Shown piece after piece: positions 1 to 8,715 of a stretch of DNA of 64,000 nucleotides (within the stretch, counting starts at the first letter, position 1; the number at the start of each line of letters is the position of its first letter). The position numbers were made by a program, and so were the translations under genes. The notes under the pieces were generated by a model that worked only from the letters and a program-made list of their open reading frames with translations, did not search any database and was not told the DNA's origin. Source of the stretch: Labilithrix sp. (GTDB lineage Bacteria > Myxococcota_A > Polyangia > Polyangiales > Polyangiaceae); NCBI GenBank assembly GCA_026128965.1, contig JAHCIY010000002.1, positions 1,384,108 to 1,448,107 of the forward strand, given 5' to 3'.

Positions 1-1253
1 AAGGCTCCGAGCGCGGCAGGAACGCGCGCCACGTCGTCCGCCTCCTCGACGACCTCCGCGATCAGGGCGGCTCCCTCTCGAAGGGCGTCCCGATCAAGTC
101 GGGCGGGTCGCTCACCGTCTTCGTGCCGGCGCGCTTCCCGGAGCTGCCGACCGCGATCGACAAGCAGGCGATGGACGCCGCGATCCTGCAGACCGCCTTC
201 GAGGTCCGCGAGCAGAACGCGGGGTCGCCGACCATCTTCGTCACGATGGACACGAACCTCCGCATCCGGGCCGACGCGCTCGGCATGCCGGCGGAGACCT
301 ACGAGAACCAGCGCGTCACGCCCGAGCGCGTCGACACCGGCGTCACCGACGTCGAGGTGTCCGCCGACGAGATCGACGCCTTCTTCCAGGACGGCAAGAT
401 CCCGGTCCCGCCGCACCTCCTCGAGCCGCCGAAGGACGACAAGTCCGTCCGCGACCTCTCCCGCGCCGGAAAAGAAGGGCCCGCGCCGCTCATCGCGAAC
501 ATGTGCATCCTCCTCCGCGATCGGGCGAACGCGTCCCACACCGCGCTCGGCCGCTACGACGCGGGGAAGAAGGAGATCGTCGCGCTCCGCACCCCGCGCG
601 AGGGCGTCATCGGCGTGCGCCCGCGCAACAAGGAGCAGAGCCACGCGCTCGACATCCTCCTCGACGAGAACGTCCGCCTCGTCACGCTGATCGGGAAGGC
701 CGGCACCGGCAAGACGCTCCTCGCGCTCGCGGCTGGCCTCAAGCGCACGATCGAGGACGGCGTCTACACGCGCATGCTCGTCTCGCGCCCGGTCATGCCG
801 CTCGGCCGCGACATCGGCTTCTTGCCCGGCGACGTCGACGAGAAGCTGAACCCCTGGATGCAGCCGATCTTCGACAACCTCGAGTTCCTGTTCTCGAGCG
901 GCACGCGCAAGGGCCCCCGCGCCTACGCCGAGCTCCTCGACAGCGGCCAGCTCCAGGTCGAGCCGCTCACGTACATCCGCGGCCGCTCGCTCCCGCAGCA
1001 GTACATCATCGTCGACGAGGCGCAGAACCTCACCCCGCACGAGGTGAAGACGATCATCACGCGATCCGGAGATGGCACAAAAATCGTCCTTACCGGCGAT
1101 CCTGGGCAAATCGACAATCCGTACGTCGACAGCGCCTCGAACGGCCTCTCCGTCGCGGCGGACCGCTTCCGCGGCGAGAAGGTCGCCGCCCACATCACGC
1201 TGACGCGCGGCGAACGCAGCGAGCTCGCCGAGCTCGCCGCCAACCTGCTCTGA
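1..1253 (+). CDS. PhoH-like ATPase with N-terminal PIN domain (PhoH2/YlaK-type), 5'-partial
   Basis: The frame is open from the window edge. There is a Walker A GKAGTGKT and a PhoH C-terminal region (IIVDEAQNLTPHEVKTIITR...GDPGQID). The N-terminal part resembles a PIN domain. The in-window ATG at 123 is internal. Confidence 0.85.
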   Translation, partial: GSERGRNARHVVRLLDDLRDQGGSLSKGVPIKSGGSLTVFVPARFPELPTAIDKQAMDAAILQTAFEVREQNAGSPTIFVTMDTNLRIRADALGMPAETYENQRVTPERVDTGVTDVEVSADEIDAFFQDGKIPVPPHLLEPPKDDKSVRDLSRAGKEGPAPLIANMCILLRDRANASHTALGRYDAGKKEIVALRTPREGVIGVRPRNKEQSHALDILLDENVRLVTLIGKAGTGKTLLALAAGLKRTIEDGVYTRMLVSRPVMPLGRDIGFLPGDVDEKLNPWMQPIFDNLEFLFSSGTRKGPRAYAELLDSGQLQVEPLTYIRGRSLPQQYIIVDEAQNLTPHEVKTIITRSGDGTKIVLTGDPGQIDNPYVDSASNGLSVAADRFRGEKVAAHITLTRGERSELAELAANLL

Positions 1254-1259
1254 CCACGC

Positions 1260-2426
1260 TCACGGGTGGGCGAGGCGCATGAGGCGCTTGTTCGACGTCC
1301 AGTAGATGCCGGTCGACTCCACCCTCATGTCATGGAGGAGGGGATCCGAGTCGACCTCGAGGATCGGCGGCGCCCCCGCGTCGGCGCCGAGCGGCCATCG
1401 GCGCACGTCGCCGGTGTAGTAGTTGCCGAACCAGAAGGAGCCGTTCCACGGCTCGAGCTGGAACGCCATGACGTGGAGGTTCGAGTGGAGGCGAGGCGGC
1501 GTGCCGTCGGTGAGGTGCACGCTGGAGAGCTCGCTGCGGAGCACGAAGTAGGCGCGCGGGCCGATCACGGTGAGCGCGCTGATGCCGATGCCGCCGCCGA
1601 ACATGTTTTCGAAGAGCGTCCGCGGCGTCGGGTCGGTCGTCTGGGCGGTGCGGACCATCGCCGTTCCATCGGCCATGTACACCGCCCAGACGAGCGTCTG
1701 ACCGCTCACGACGAGCTGGTTGATCCCGTCCTCGTCCGCGGTAAAGACGGTGGGGCTCGCGCAGGTATCGCCGTCGCAGCGGTAGATATGGGTCGAGCGC
1801 ACGCCGTTCGTGACGTAGAGGCCGCTGTCGCCGGACGCGATCAGGTTCGGTTGCGGGAGGTTCGGGATCACCACCTCGGGCGTGCACGCTCCCGCCAGCG
1901 GACAGCGGACGACGCGCTTGCCCGGGTGGTCGCCGAAGTAGACGTGCTCGCCGCGCACGACGAGGTTCGTGCCCAGGCCCGCCGCGCCCGCGCTGTAGAG
2001 GGTCGCGACGGGGCCGCCGTAGATGGGGACGCGTTGCACGTCGCCTCCGCCGGTCTGGTAGTAGACGTGGCTCGAGGTGACGACGAAGGCCTCGGGGGTG
2101 TTCACGTCGATCGCGAGCACGCCCGGCTGGCAGACTCCTGCTTTGCACGCGCCCGGCCCGCAGTCGTGATCGCAGCGCCCGCAGTGACGGGGGTTGTTCG
2201 GGAGATCGACGCACAGTCCAGGCTCCGGCGGTCCCGGATCGGGCGTCGCGGCGTCGACGAGCGGCGTCGGCGGATCGTCGGGGTGGGAAGGCGCGCCCGT
2301 CTCCTCCGGCTCCGGCTCCGGCTCCGGCGATCGCGCGTCCGGCGCGTCGTGGACCGCGGGCTCGATCCCGAGGAGCGCGTTGCACCCCGCGAGGACGGCG
2401 AGCGTCGCGATCGCTGCGCGGCGCAT
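1260..2426 (-). CDS. Lipoprotein with Cys-rich EGF-like module and YWTD-type beta-propeller repeats
   Basis: ATG at 2424-2426 (MRRAAIATLAVLAGC lipobox). Cys cluster CVDLPNNPRHCGRCDHDCGPGACKAGVCQPG. Repeated HVYYQT, LYVTNG, LVWAVY and IYWTSN motifs. The N-terminal 250 aa of the 647-aa track ORF is an R-rich read-through artefact. The ATGA overlap with the upstream gene indicates an operon. Confidence 0.7.
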   Translation of the reverse strand: MRRAAIATLAVLAGCNALLGIEPAVHDAPDARSPEPEPEPEETGAPSHPDDPPTPLVDAATPDPGPPEPGLCVDLPNNPRHCGRCDHDCGPGACKAGVCQPGVLAIDVNTPEAFVVTSSHVYYQTGGGDVQRVPIYGGPVATLYSAGAAGLGTNLVVRGEHVYFGDHPGKRVVRCPLAGACTPEVVIPNLPQPNLIASGDSGLYVTNGVRSTHIYRCDGDTCASPTVFTADEDGINQLVVSGQTLVWAVYMADGTAMVRTAQTTDPTPRTLFENMFGGGIGISALTVIGPRAYFVLRSELSSVHLTDGTPPRLHSNLHVMAFQLEPWNGSFWFGNYYTGDVRRWPLGADAGAPPILEVDSDPLLHDMRVESTGIYWTSNKRLMRLAHP

Positions 2427-3337
2427 CAAAAGCTCGAGCTCCAGGTCGGGAGCCGCGCGCTCGGCGTCGCGCTCGGGGCCGTGAGCCAGATCGCGATCGC
2501 GGCCACGAGCATCGCGCCGCCGGCGATGAACCCGATCGTCGCGACGTTCCCGGCGGTGTTGGCGGAGCGCCACTCGTCGGCGCCCTCCTCGGTCGGGCAG
2601 CGGAAGCGGAAGGTCGTCTGCGGACAGAGGTCTTCGGCGCGGCTCCTCGACGAGAGGGCGAGCGCGCCCGCGATGCTGCCGACGACGAGCCCGGCGACGC
2701 CGCCGCCGCCGAGCGCGAGGGCGAGGGTGCGCCGCCCGGAGCCGGCGGGCGCGTCCGGCGCGGTGGGGGGTGCTTCGCGTCGCGGCGCCGCGAGCTCGGG
2801 CACGGCGACGACCGTGACGGCGCCCTCCTTCGCGGTCGCGGCGAGGCGGAGCGGCGCGCGCCCCGCGGCCGTCGCGGTCAGCGCGTGGGGGCCGGGATCG
2901 AGGACGTGCTCGTCGCGCCACGTCGCGCGCGGGACGACCGCGTCGTCGATCCGGATCTCGAGCCCGTTCGCCACCGACCTCACGTCGAGCTTCACCTTCG
3001 CGAGCCGCGGCGCGAGCGCGGCGGCGCGCTCCTTCGCGAGGCGCTCGCGCTCGAACTTGCCCGCCGCGTGCGCCAGTCGCGCGACGTCGAGGAACGTCGC
3101 GTGCGCCGACGCCGTGCGTCCGAGGTGCTCGTAACAGTCGGCGAGGTTGAAGCGCGTGCCGATCGCGGGCTCGAGCCGCTCGCTCTCCGCGAGCTTTGGA
3201 CATGCCTCTGCGTACTTGCCCTGCGCGACGAGCGCGTTGCCCTGGACGAAGAGCGCCTCGGCGTCGCCCCCGTCGGCGCTGGCGACCGCGGGTGTGCTCA
3301 CCAGGCCCAGGACGACGAGGAGCGTCGCGCGTCTCAT
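2426..3337 (-). CDS. Periplasmic TPR-like protein with C-terminal transmembrane anchor
   Basis: ATG at 3335-3337. Signal peptide MRRATLLVVLGLVSTPAVASA. TPR-like helices (ALFVQGNALVAQGKYAEAC...NLADCYEHLG). C-terminal hydrophobic segment. The stop overlaps the next gene's start (ATGA). Confidence 0.65.
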   Translation of the reverse strand: MRRATLLVVLGLVSTPAVASADGGDAEALFVQGNALVAQGKYAEACPKLAESERLEPAIGTRFNLADCYEHLGRTASAHATFLDVARLAHAAGKFERERLAKERAAALAPRLAKVKLDVRSVANGLEIRIDDAVVPRATWRDEHVLDPGPHALTATAAGRAPLRLAATAKEGAVTVVAVPELAAPRREAPPTAPDAPAGSGRRTLALALGGGGVAGLVVGSIAGALALSSRSRAEDLCPQTTFRFRCPTEEGADEWRSANTAGNVATIGFIAGGAMLVAAIAIWLTAPSATPSARLPTWSSSF

Positions 3338-3342
3338 CCCGG

Positions 3343-4410
3343 CTATTGTCTCACGAGCCGGACGAGCCGACTGCCGGCGTCGTCGGTGACGGCCCAGTAC
3401 AGCGTGCGGTCGGGGCCGATCGCGAGCGCGTGGGCGTTCGGTTGCTCCGCCGCGAGGACCGACGCGGGACTGGACGGCGTCTCGAGCGGGCGCACCAGCA
3501 CGGCACCGTGGGTCGTGTCGGTGTAGTAGATCTGTCCGCCGCGCACGACGAAGCTGCGGATGTCGCCGTCGGCGAGCCGGTGGTTGGGGCCGGCTCCGCC
3601 GAGCTGCGTTTGGTAGAGCCCGTCCGTGGTGGAGAACACGAGCCACGCGTCGGCGACCGACAGCGCGAAGACGCCGAGCGTACCGGCGTCTTGCGGGGGC
3701 GAGACGACGCGCTCGGGGCTTGCGCGCGAGAGGTCACGCGCGAAGATGGTGAGCGGTCCGTCGGCGACCGAGCTCGCCCATACCGCCTCGTCGCTGGTGC
3801 TCGTGATGCTCCAGATGATGCGAGCTCCGCCCTCGGCGATCTGCACGTCGCTGCCCGCGCACGGGAGCACGGGGCAGTGATAGAGGCCGCTGCCCCTCGC
3901 GTACGTGGCGCCAGGGCCTGCGACCGTGAAGATGGATGCGGGCGGCGGGACCACGCGCTCGGGGCCGGTCGCCGCGCACGCGCTCTCCGGGCAGCGGTGG
4001 ACGCCGGCTCTCAGGAAGTACACGGCGCCGTCTTTCGCGACGATCGTCGCGCCGAGTGAGTTCTCCGTGCTCTCGACGAAGGCCTCCGTCTCGCCACCCC
4101 CGATCGGTGCGCGTGAGATGGTGCGGCTCCTGCGGTTCGTCCAGAACACGTGCGTCGCGCCGACCGTGATGGCGTCGATGGCCATGTCCGTTGCGAGCAC
4201 GGCCACGCCGCCGTCCATTACCTCGGGGCGAACGACGCCCGCGCCGGCGTCGTTCGGCGTGACGTCGTCGTCGTCGTCGCCGCTCGGGGCGTCGCGCGGC
4301 ACATCGCGCTGGACGTCTCGTGGAGGATCGTACTCGCCCGCCTCGATGCCGAGGAGGGCGTTGCAGCCGCTCGCCGCGACGAGGAGCGCGAGGAGGGAGC
4401 GTCGCTTCAT
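3343..4410 (-). CDS. Lipoprotein with YWTD-type beta-propeller repeats (paralog of 1260..2426)
   Basis: MKRRSLLALLVAASGCNALLGIE has the same post-lipobox motif (CNALLGIE) as 1260..2426. Motifs HVFWTNR, AVYFLRAG, QIYYTDT and TLYWAVTDD. The start overlaps the kinase stop (ATGA at 4407-4410). Confidence 0.7.
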   Translation of the reverse strand: MKRRSLLALLVAASGCNALLGIEAGEYDPPRDVQRDVPRDAPSGDDDDDVTPNDAGAGVVRPEVMDGGVAVLATDMAIDAITVGATHVFWTNRRSRTISRAPIGGGETEAFVESTENSLGATIVAKDGAVYFLRAGVHRCPESACAATGPERVVPPPASIFTVAGPGATYARGSGLYHCPVLPCAGSDVQIAEGGARIIWSITSTSDEAVWASSVADGPLTIFARDLSRASPERVVSPPQDAGTLGVFALSVADAWLVFSTTDGLYQTQLGGAGPNHRLADGDIRSFVVRGGQIYYTDTTHGAVLVRPLETPSSPASVLAAEQPNAHALAIGPDRTLYWAVTDDAGSRLVRLVRQ

Positions 4411-5768
4411 TCGAAGCGCGACGTCGCGACGCCGCGGGGTGAGGACGCCGCGGGGGCGGACGGCTCGGGGTCGACCTCGGGCTTCGGCTCGAGCTTGGCC
4501 TCGGGTTGCTTGCGTGACTTCGTCTGCCGCTGCTTCGCGCTCGCGGGGGTCGTCGCGCGCGCTTGCAGCTCGGTGACCACGGCGGCCGGCGCGGCCGTCT
4601 CCGGCGTCGGCGCGGGCTCGGAGGCGACCTCGGCCACAGTCGCGTCAGGGGCCGCCGTTGGGGCTGGGGCCGGCGCCGGCCGCGACGCTGCGCCGACGCG
4701 CGCGCGTGGATATACCGCGATCGCCGCGCCGACGACGGCAGCCAGCGCGAGGAGGGCGAGGAGCGCGCCGCGCCGCGTTCTCGCGCGAGGCGCGGTCGCG
4801 ATCGGGCTGAGCGCCAGCGTGTGACGCTGCGCGAGCACGGTCTGCGGCAGGGTCGTGACCGGGAGGCTCGCGGGCGGGAGGCTCCCGGCCGTCATCGCGC
4901 CGACGGTGGGCGCGCCGACGCGGCCGGTCCCGAACGGCGCGATCGCCGCGGCGAACGAGGTGACGTCCGGGAAGCGGCGCTCGGCGGTCTTCTCGAGGCA
5001 ACACGCGATCGCGGCGGCGACCGGTGCGGGTACGGACACATCGAGCGGTGCCGGCGATTCGGTGAGCACCATCGCGTAGATGTCCGAGACGGTCGCGCCG
5101 TCGAAGGCGGGCTTGCCGGCGAGCAGCTCGTAGAGCGTCGCCCCGAGGGCCCAGACGTCCGTGCGACGATCGACGACCTTCGCCGAGCGCATCTGCTCGG
5201 GGGCCATGTAGAGCGGGGTGCCGACCACGTCTTGTGTGCGCGTGAAGCTCGGCGCCGCGTCGGACGTGGGCGCGGCCTTCGCGATTCCGAAGTCGAGCAC
5301 CTTGAGCGACGGCGTGCCGTCGGGTCGCGTCGTGAGGAAGAGGTTCGATGGCTTGACGTCGCGATGGACGATGCCGAGCGCGTGCGCCTCCGCGAGCGCG
5401 GTGCACGCCTGGAGGATGTGATCGATCGCGGTCGCGACCGGGAGCGCGCCGCGCGTCGCCACGAGCTTTCCGAGGTCGTTGCCCACCAGGTGCTCCATCA
5501 CGATATACGGCGGCTCCCCCGGAGACGATCCCACGTCGAGGACGCGCGCGACGTGCTCGCCGCGTATGCGCGCGGCCGCACGAGCCTCGCGGAGGAAGCG
5601 AGCGACGACGACCTCGTCGCGCGCGAGCTCTGCCTTCAGGACCTTGATCGCGACGCGCTCCCCGAGGACGAGGTGGGTGGCCTCGAGCACGATGCCGAAG
5701 CCGCCCTCGCCGAGCGTGCGCTCGACGAGGTACTTTCCGGCCAGGATCTGCCCGCGGTCTAGCGTCAC
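4407..5768 (-). CDS. Ser/Thr protein kinase, membrane-anchored, with Pro/Ala-rich extracytoplasmic tail
   Basis: Kinase motifs VAIKVLK, HRDVKPSNLF, DFG and APE. A TM segment (LLALLALAAVVGAAIAV) follows the kinase domain. GTG start at 5768. Confidence 0.85.
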   Translation of the reverse strand: MTLDRGQILAGKYLVERTLGEGGFGIVLEATHLVLGERVAIKVLKAELARDEVVVARFLREARAAARIRGEHVARVLDVGSSPGEPPYIVMEHLVGNDLGKLVATRGALPVATAIDHILQACTALAEAHALGIVHRDVKPSNLFLTTRPDGTPSLKVLDFGIAKAAPTSDAAPSFTRTQDVVGTPLYMAPEQMRSAKVVDRRTDVWALGATLYELLAGKPAFDGATVSDIYAMVLTESPAPLDVSVPAPVAAAIACCLEKTAERRFPDVTSFAAAIAPFGTGRVGAPTVGAMTAGSLPPASLPVTTLPQTVLAQRHTLALSPIATAPRARTRRGALLALLALAAVVGAAIAVYPRARVGAASRPAPAPAPTAAPDATVAEVASEPAPTPETAAPAAVVTELQARATTPASAKQRQTKSRKQPEAKLEPKPEVDPEPSAPAASSPRGVATSRFE

Positions 5769-5905
5769 CCTCGCGGTATAGCAGCGACCAACGTGTTTTC
5801 ACGTCGCGGGCGATGCAATTCGGAAGACAATGGTTCCGAAGGGTTGCGGTATCGTCGCGCCAGCCCAGCTCCGGCGGCGCCCGGCGCTCGGGGTCCGACC
5901 GCTGT

Positions 5906-6442
5906 ATGCTTCCGCCGATGGTGTATCGTGACGCCGAAGCGGTGACGCGGCTCGCCGTGCTCGTCGTCGCGCTCGCGCTCGGCGGTTGCTCGTCGATCGG
6001 CGGGAGCGCGGTGCGGACGGGGCCGGTGCAGCTCGGCGCGTACTCCGGTCCGGTCGCGATCTACGCGACGGGCCGCCCGCCGCCGGACGCGGTCGATCTC
6101 GGCGTCGTCGAGGTGCACGCGATGCAGCAGGAGGCGACGGTCGAGACGCTCCTCCCGCAGTTCCTCGCGCGCGTCGCGGCGATCGGCGGCAACGTCGCCG
6201 TCATCGAGGGCACGCGCGCGCGCTTCGAGCTCGCGGGGCGCATGCACGTCGAGCAGTACTACTACACGTGCAGCCTCGGCGCGACGTGCTCCGGTACTCG
6301 TGTGTATTCTACAAATGACGAGCTGATGACGCTCTCGATGTTCGGGCGCGCGATGACGACGCAGCTCCCCCCCTCGAAGGACGGGCCGCTCCTCCCGCCG
6401 GCGCCTTCGCCTCCCCTCGAGCCAGAGGACAGCGAGCTGTGA
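5906..6442 (+). CDS. Lipoprotein, YbjQ/DUF74-like domain
   Basis: Signal peptide with lipobox LALGGC. The segment ...ARVAAIGGNVAVIEG resembles the YbjQ/UPF0145 LGA(N/D)AVV(G) motif. The start is uncertain (5906 or 5918). Confidence 0.55.
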   Translation: MLPPMVYRDAEAVTRLAVLVVALALGGCSSIGGSAVRTGPVQLGAYSGPVAIYATGRPPPDAVDLGVVEVHAMQQEATVETLLPQFLARVAAIGGNVAVIEGTRARFELAGRMHVEQYYYTCSLGATCSGTRVYSTNDELMTLSMFGRAMTTQLPPSKDGPLLPPAPSPPLEPEDSEL

Positions 6443-6909
6443 CCCGCCTCTCCGTGCTCCTCCCGCTCTCCGTGCTCCTCGTCGCGTGCGGCCACACCGA
6501 GACGCACCAGGCGATGTTCCGCGCGCCGGAGCCCCCGACCGGCCGCCCGGTGGAGCTCTACCTCGCCGATCAGCCGCTCCCGACCCGCCCCTACTACGAG
6601 ATCGCGCTCGTGCAGGCGATCGGCTTCGGGAGCGAGGCGCATCCGGACGACGTCGCGCAGGCGCTGACGGAGAAGGCGGCCAAGCTCGGGTGCGACGCGG
6701 TCGTGCGCACGTTCCTCGATCAAGGTTATTCGCGCGCCAACGCCGCCGGCGTCTGCGTGAAATGGGTCGGTCCCCCGCAGGCGGCCGGCGCGGCCCCGGC
6801 CGGCGCGCTCCCCCGAGACAACACCGCGCCGCGGCCTTCGACCCCGCTCGTTCCCGCGCCTTCGCCGCGGATCGAGCCGCTCCCGTCCAACCCGTCGCAA
6901 GGGCGGTAG
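6439..6909 (+). CDS. Lipoprotein, YbjQ/DUF74-like domain (paralog)
   Basis: MTRLSVLLPLSVLLVAC lipobox. The ...EKAAKLGCDAVV motif. ATGA overlap with the preceding gene. Pro-rich C-terminus. Confidence 0.55.
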   Translation: MTRLSVLLPLSVLLVACGHTETHQAMFRAPEPPTGRPVELYLADQPLPTRPYYEIALVQAIGFGSEAHPDDVAQALTEKAAKLGCDAVVRTFLDQGYSRANAAGVCVKWVGPPQAAGAAPAGALPRDNTAPRPSTPLVPAPSPRIEPLPSNPSQGR

Positions 6910-6989
6910 CTCGGTCGGCGGGGCGCGCGACGCATCGTGGCAAGGCGCCTCTTGCGCGCGAGAAGGGGTTCGCGCATCGTTCGCCCATC

Positions 6990-8687
6990 ATGGACGAGCT
7001 CGAACGAACCGCGGAGACACCGGCGGTGCAGTCAGTGCGCGGGGCGGCGGTGAAGCTCGAGATGCTCGACGCCGTCGCGGCGTTCACGCTCGCCGAGAAG
7101 ATGACGGGCAGCCAGCTCCTCGCGCACGGCGACCTCGCGACCGCGCTCGCGGCGGCGGACAAGGGCGAGCGCGCCGCGCTCTTCGGGCCGATCGCCGCCT
7201 TCGCGACGATGCGTGACGGCCTCCGCAAGGCCGCCGCCGCGCGCGCCGGCGTCGTCGCGCACGCGATCGCGGGGCACGGCGCGGAGGACCTCGCCGCGCT
7301 GGCCGACCTCGGCTGGGGCGTGCTCTCCGCGTCGGGACCGGAGGACTCGTTCGACCTCACGCTCGTCGCGCATCGCGCGGCGGAGGACTCGGGGGTCCCC
7401 TTCGTCGTCGTGCACGGCCTCGCGAGCTCCGCGCACGCGGCCGGCCGCGGCGTCGCGATGGTCGGCCTCCCGCACGAGCGCGCGATCCAGGCCTTCGTCG
7501 GCGCCGCCGGCGCGCCGCGCGCGCGCGCCACGGCGGGCAGCGATCGCGCCTTCGCCGAGCGCGTGCCCTTCGCGCTCGGGGCCGCGCTGCGCGAGTACGG
7601 CTCCGTGTCGGGCCGGCGTCACGACGTGTTCGACAAGATCCCGCTCGGCGAGTCGCCGCTCGTGCTCGTCGGCACCGGCCCCGTCGGCGACGCGCTCTTC
7701 TGCGCGACGGCGGAGCTCCGCGCGCGCGGCTACGACGTCGGCGCGGTGCACCTCACGTCGCTCCGTCCGTTCCCGGGGCCGCGCCTCGTGAAGGCGCTCG
7801 GTCGCGCGCTCGCGGTCACGGTCCTCGAGCCCGCCGACGAGCCGCTCACGCACGGCGCGCTCCTCGCGCGCGACGTGAAGTCCGCCTTCACCGACGCGCT
7901 CACGTGGATGCCGGGCTTCCCCGGCATCGGCCGCATCCCGAAGCTGTTCGTCGGCGCGGCGGGCTCCGCGTTCGACGTCTCGGACCTCGCCGCCGTCTGC
8001 GAGAACATGCTCGCGGACGAGCACGGCAAGCGCATCTTCTCGTTCGTCGACGTCGAGCACGCGTTGCCGCGCGCGCCCGAGCCGCACGGAGAAGAGGGCG
8101 TCGACGGGCGAGACATCGCGCTCCGCTTCGTCGTCGACGAGATCGGGACCGCCGACGCGGTGCTCGGCGTCCTCGGCCCCGCGCTCGCGAACGGGGTCGG
8201 CCTGCGGGTGCACGGCATCGTCGCCGCGAACGCGCACGGCCCCGGCGCGGTGCTCGACGTCCTCGCGTCGCGCGGGCACGCCCGCGGCGGAATGGCGCGC
8301 CGCCCGCCGCGGCTCGTCGTCGCGACGGAGCGTGGCGTGTCGAGCGCGGGCGCCGTCGTCGCGCTCTCCGACGGCGCGGTCCTCGCGGTCCTCGGGATGG
8401 ATCCCACCGGCGTGCTGCCGGAGGCCGCGCGGACGGTGGTGCGCGAGAAGCGCGCGCGTGTCCTCCCGATCGCGCTCGGCGAGGCGGCGCTCTCGGTCAC
8501 GATCGCGGCGGCTTGCGCCGGCGTCGCGCTCGCGGCGGCGGCGCGGGTGCTCAAGACCCCGCTCGACGGCGCGAGCGTGGCCCGCATCGTCGGCGAGTCG
8601 CTCGGCGGCGACGGCGTGGAGTCGGCGGCGGATCGCGCGCGGCGCGCCTTCGAGGCGACGCGCGACGTCCTCGCCGCCGGCGCGTGA
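6990..8687 (+). CDS. Pyruvate/2-oxoacid:ferredoxin oxidoreductase-like protein (fused alpha-domain II and gamma-like domains, likely non-catalytic)
   Basis: ATG at 6990. The segment LVLVGTGPVGDALFCATAELRARGYDVGAVHLTSLRPFPGPRLVKAL resembles PFOR domain II (transketolase_C-like). A later GxGG-type gamma-like segment is present. No TPP or Fe-S motifs were seen. The upstream part of track ORF 6486 is an artefact. Confidence 0.5.
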   Translation: MDELERTAETPAVQSVRGAAVKLEMLDAVAAFTLAEKMTGSQLLAHGDLATALAAADKGERAALFGPIAAFATMRDGLRKAAAARAGVVAHAIAGHGAEDLAALADLGWGVLSASGPEDSFDLTLVAHRAAEDSGVPFVVVHGLASSAHAAGRGVAMVGLPHERAIQAFVGAAGAPRARATAGSDRAFAERVPFALGAALREYGSVSGRRHDVFDKIPLGESPLVLVGTGPVGDALFCATAELRARGYDVGAVHLTSLRPFPGPRLVKALGRALAVTVLEPADEPLTHGALLARDVKSAFTDALTWMPGFPGIGRIPKLFVGAAGSAFDVSDLAAVCENMLADEHGKRIFSFVDVEHALPRAPEPHGEEGVDGRDIALRFVVDEIGTADAVLGVLGPALANGVGLRVHGIVAANAHGPGAVLDVLASRGHARGGMARRPPRLVVATERGVSSAGAVVALSDGAVLAVLGMDPTGVLPEAARTVVREKRARVLPIALGEAALSVTIAAACAGVALAAAARVLKTPLDGASVARIVGESLGGDGVESAADRARRAFEATRDVLAAGA

Positions 8688-8715
8688 GCTGGGGTAAAAT
8701 CGTGGGCCGGGTCGG

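Noticed and set aside
1260-3203. Full 647-aa ORF as one protein
   Set aside because: The N-terminal ~260 aa is R/A/G-rich read-through. A clear lipoprotein start (MRRAAIATLAVLAGC) with ATG lies at 2426. The separate TPR gene 2426..3337 occupies the remainder in another frame.
5785-5812. Sigma-54-like promoter tggttccgaagggttgcgg
   Set aside because: The GG-to-GC spacing is 12 nt instead of 10, and there is no TGGCAC. Not convincing.
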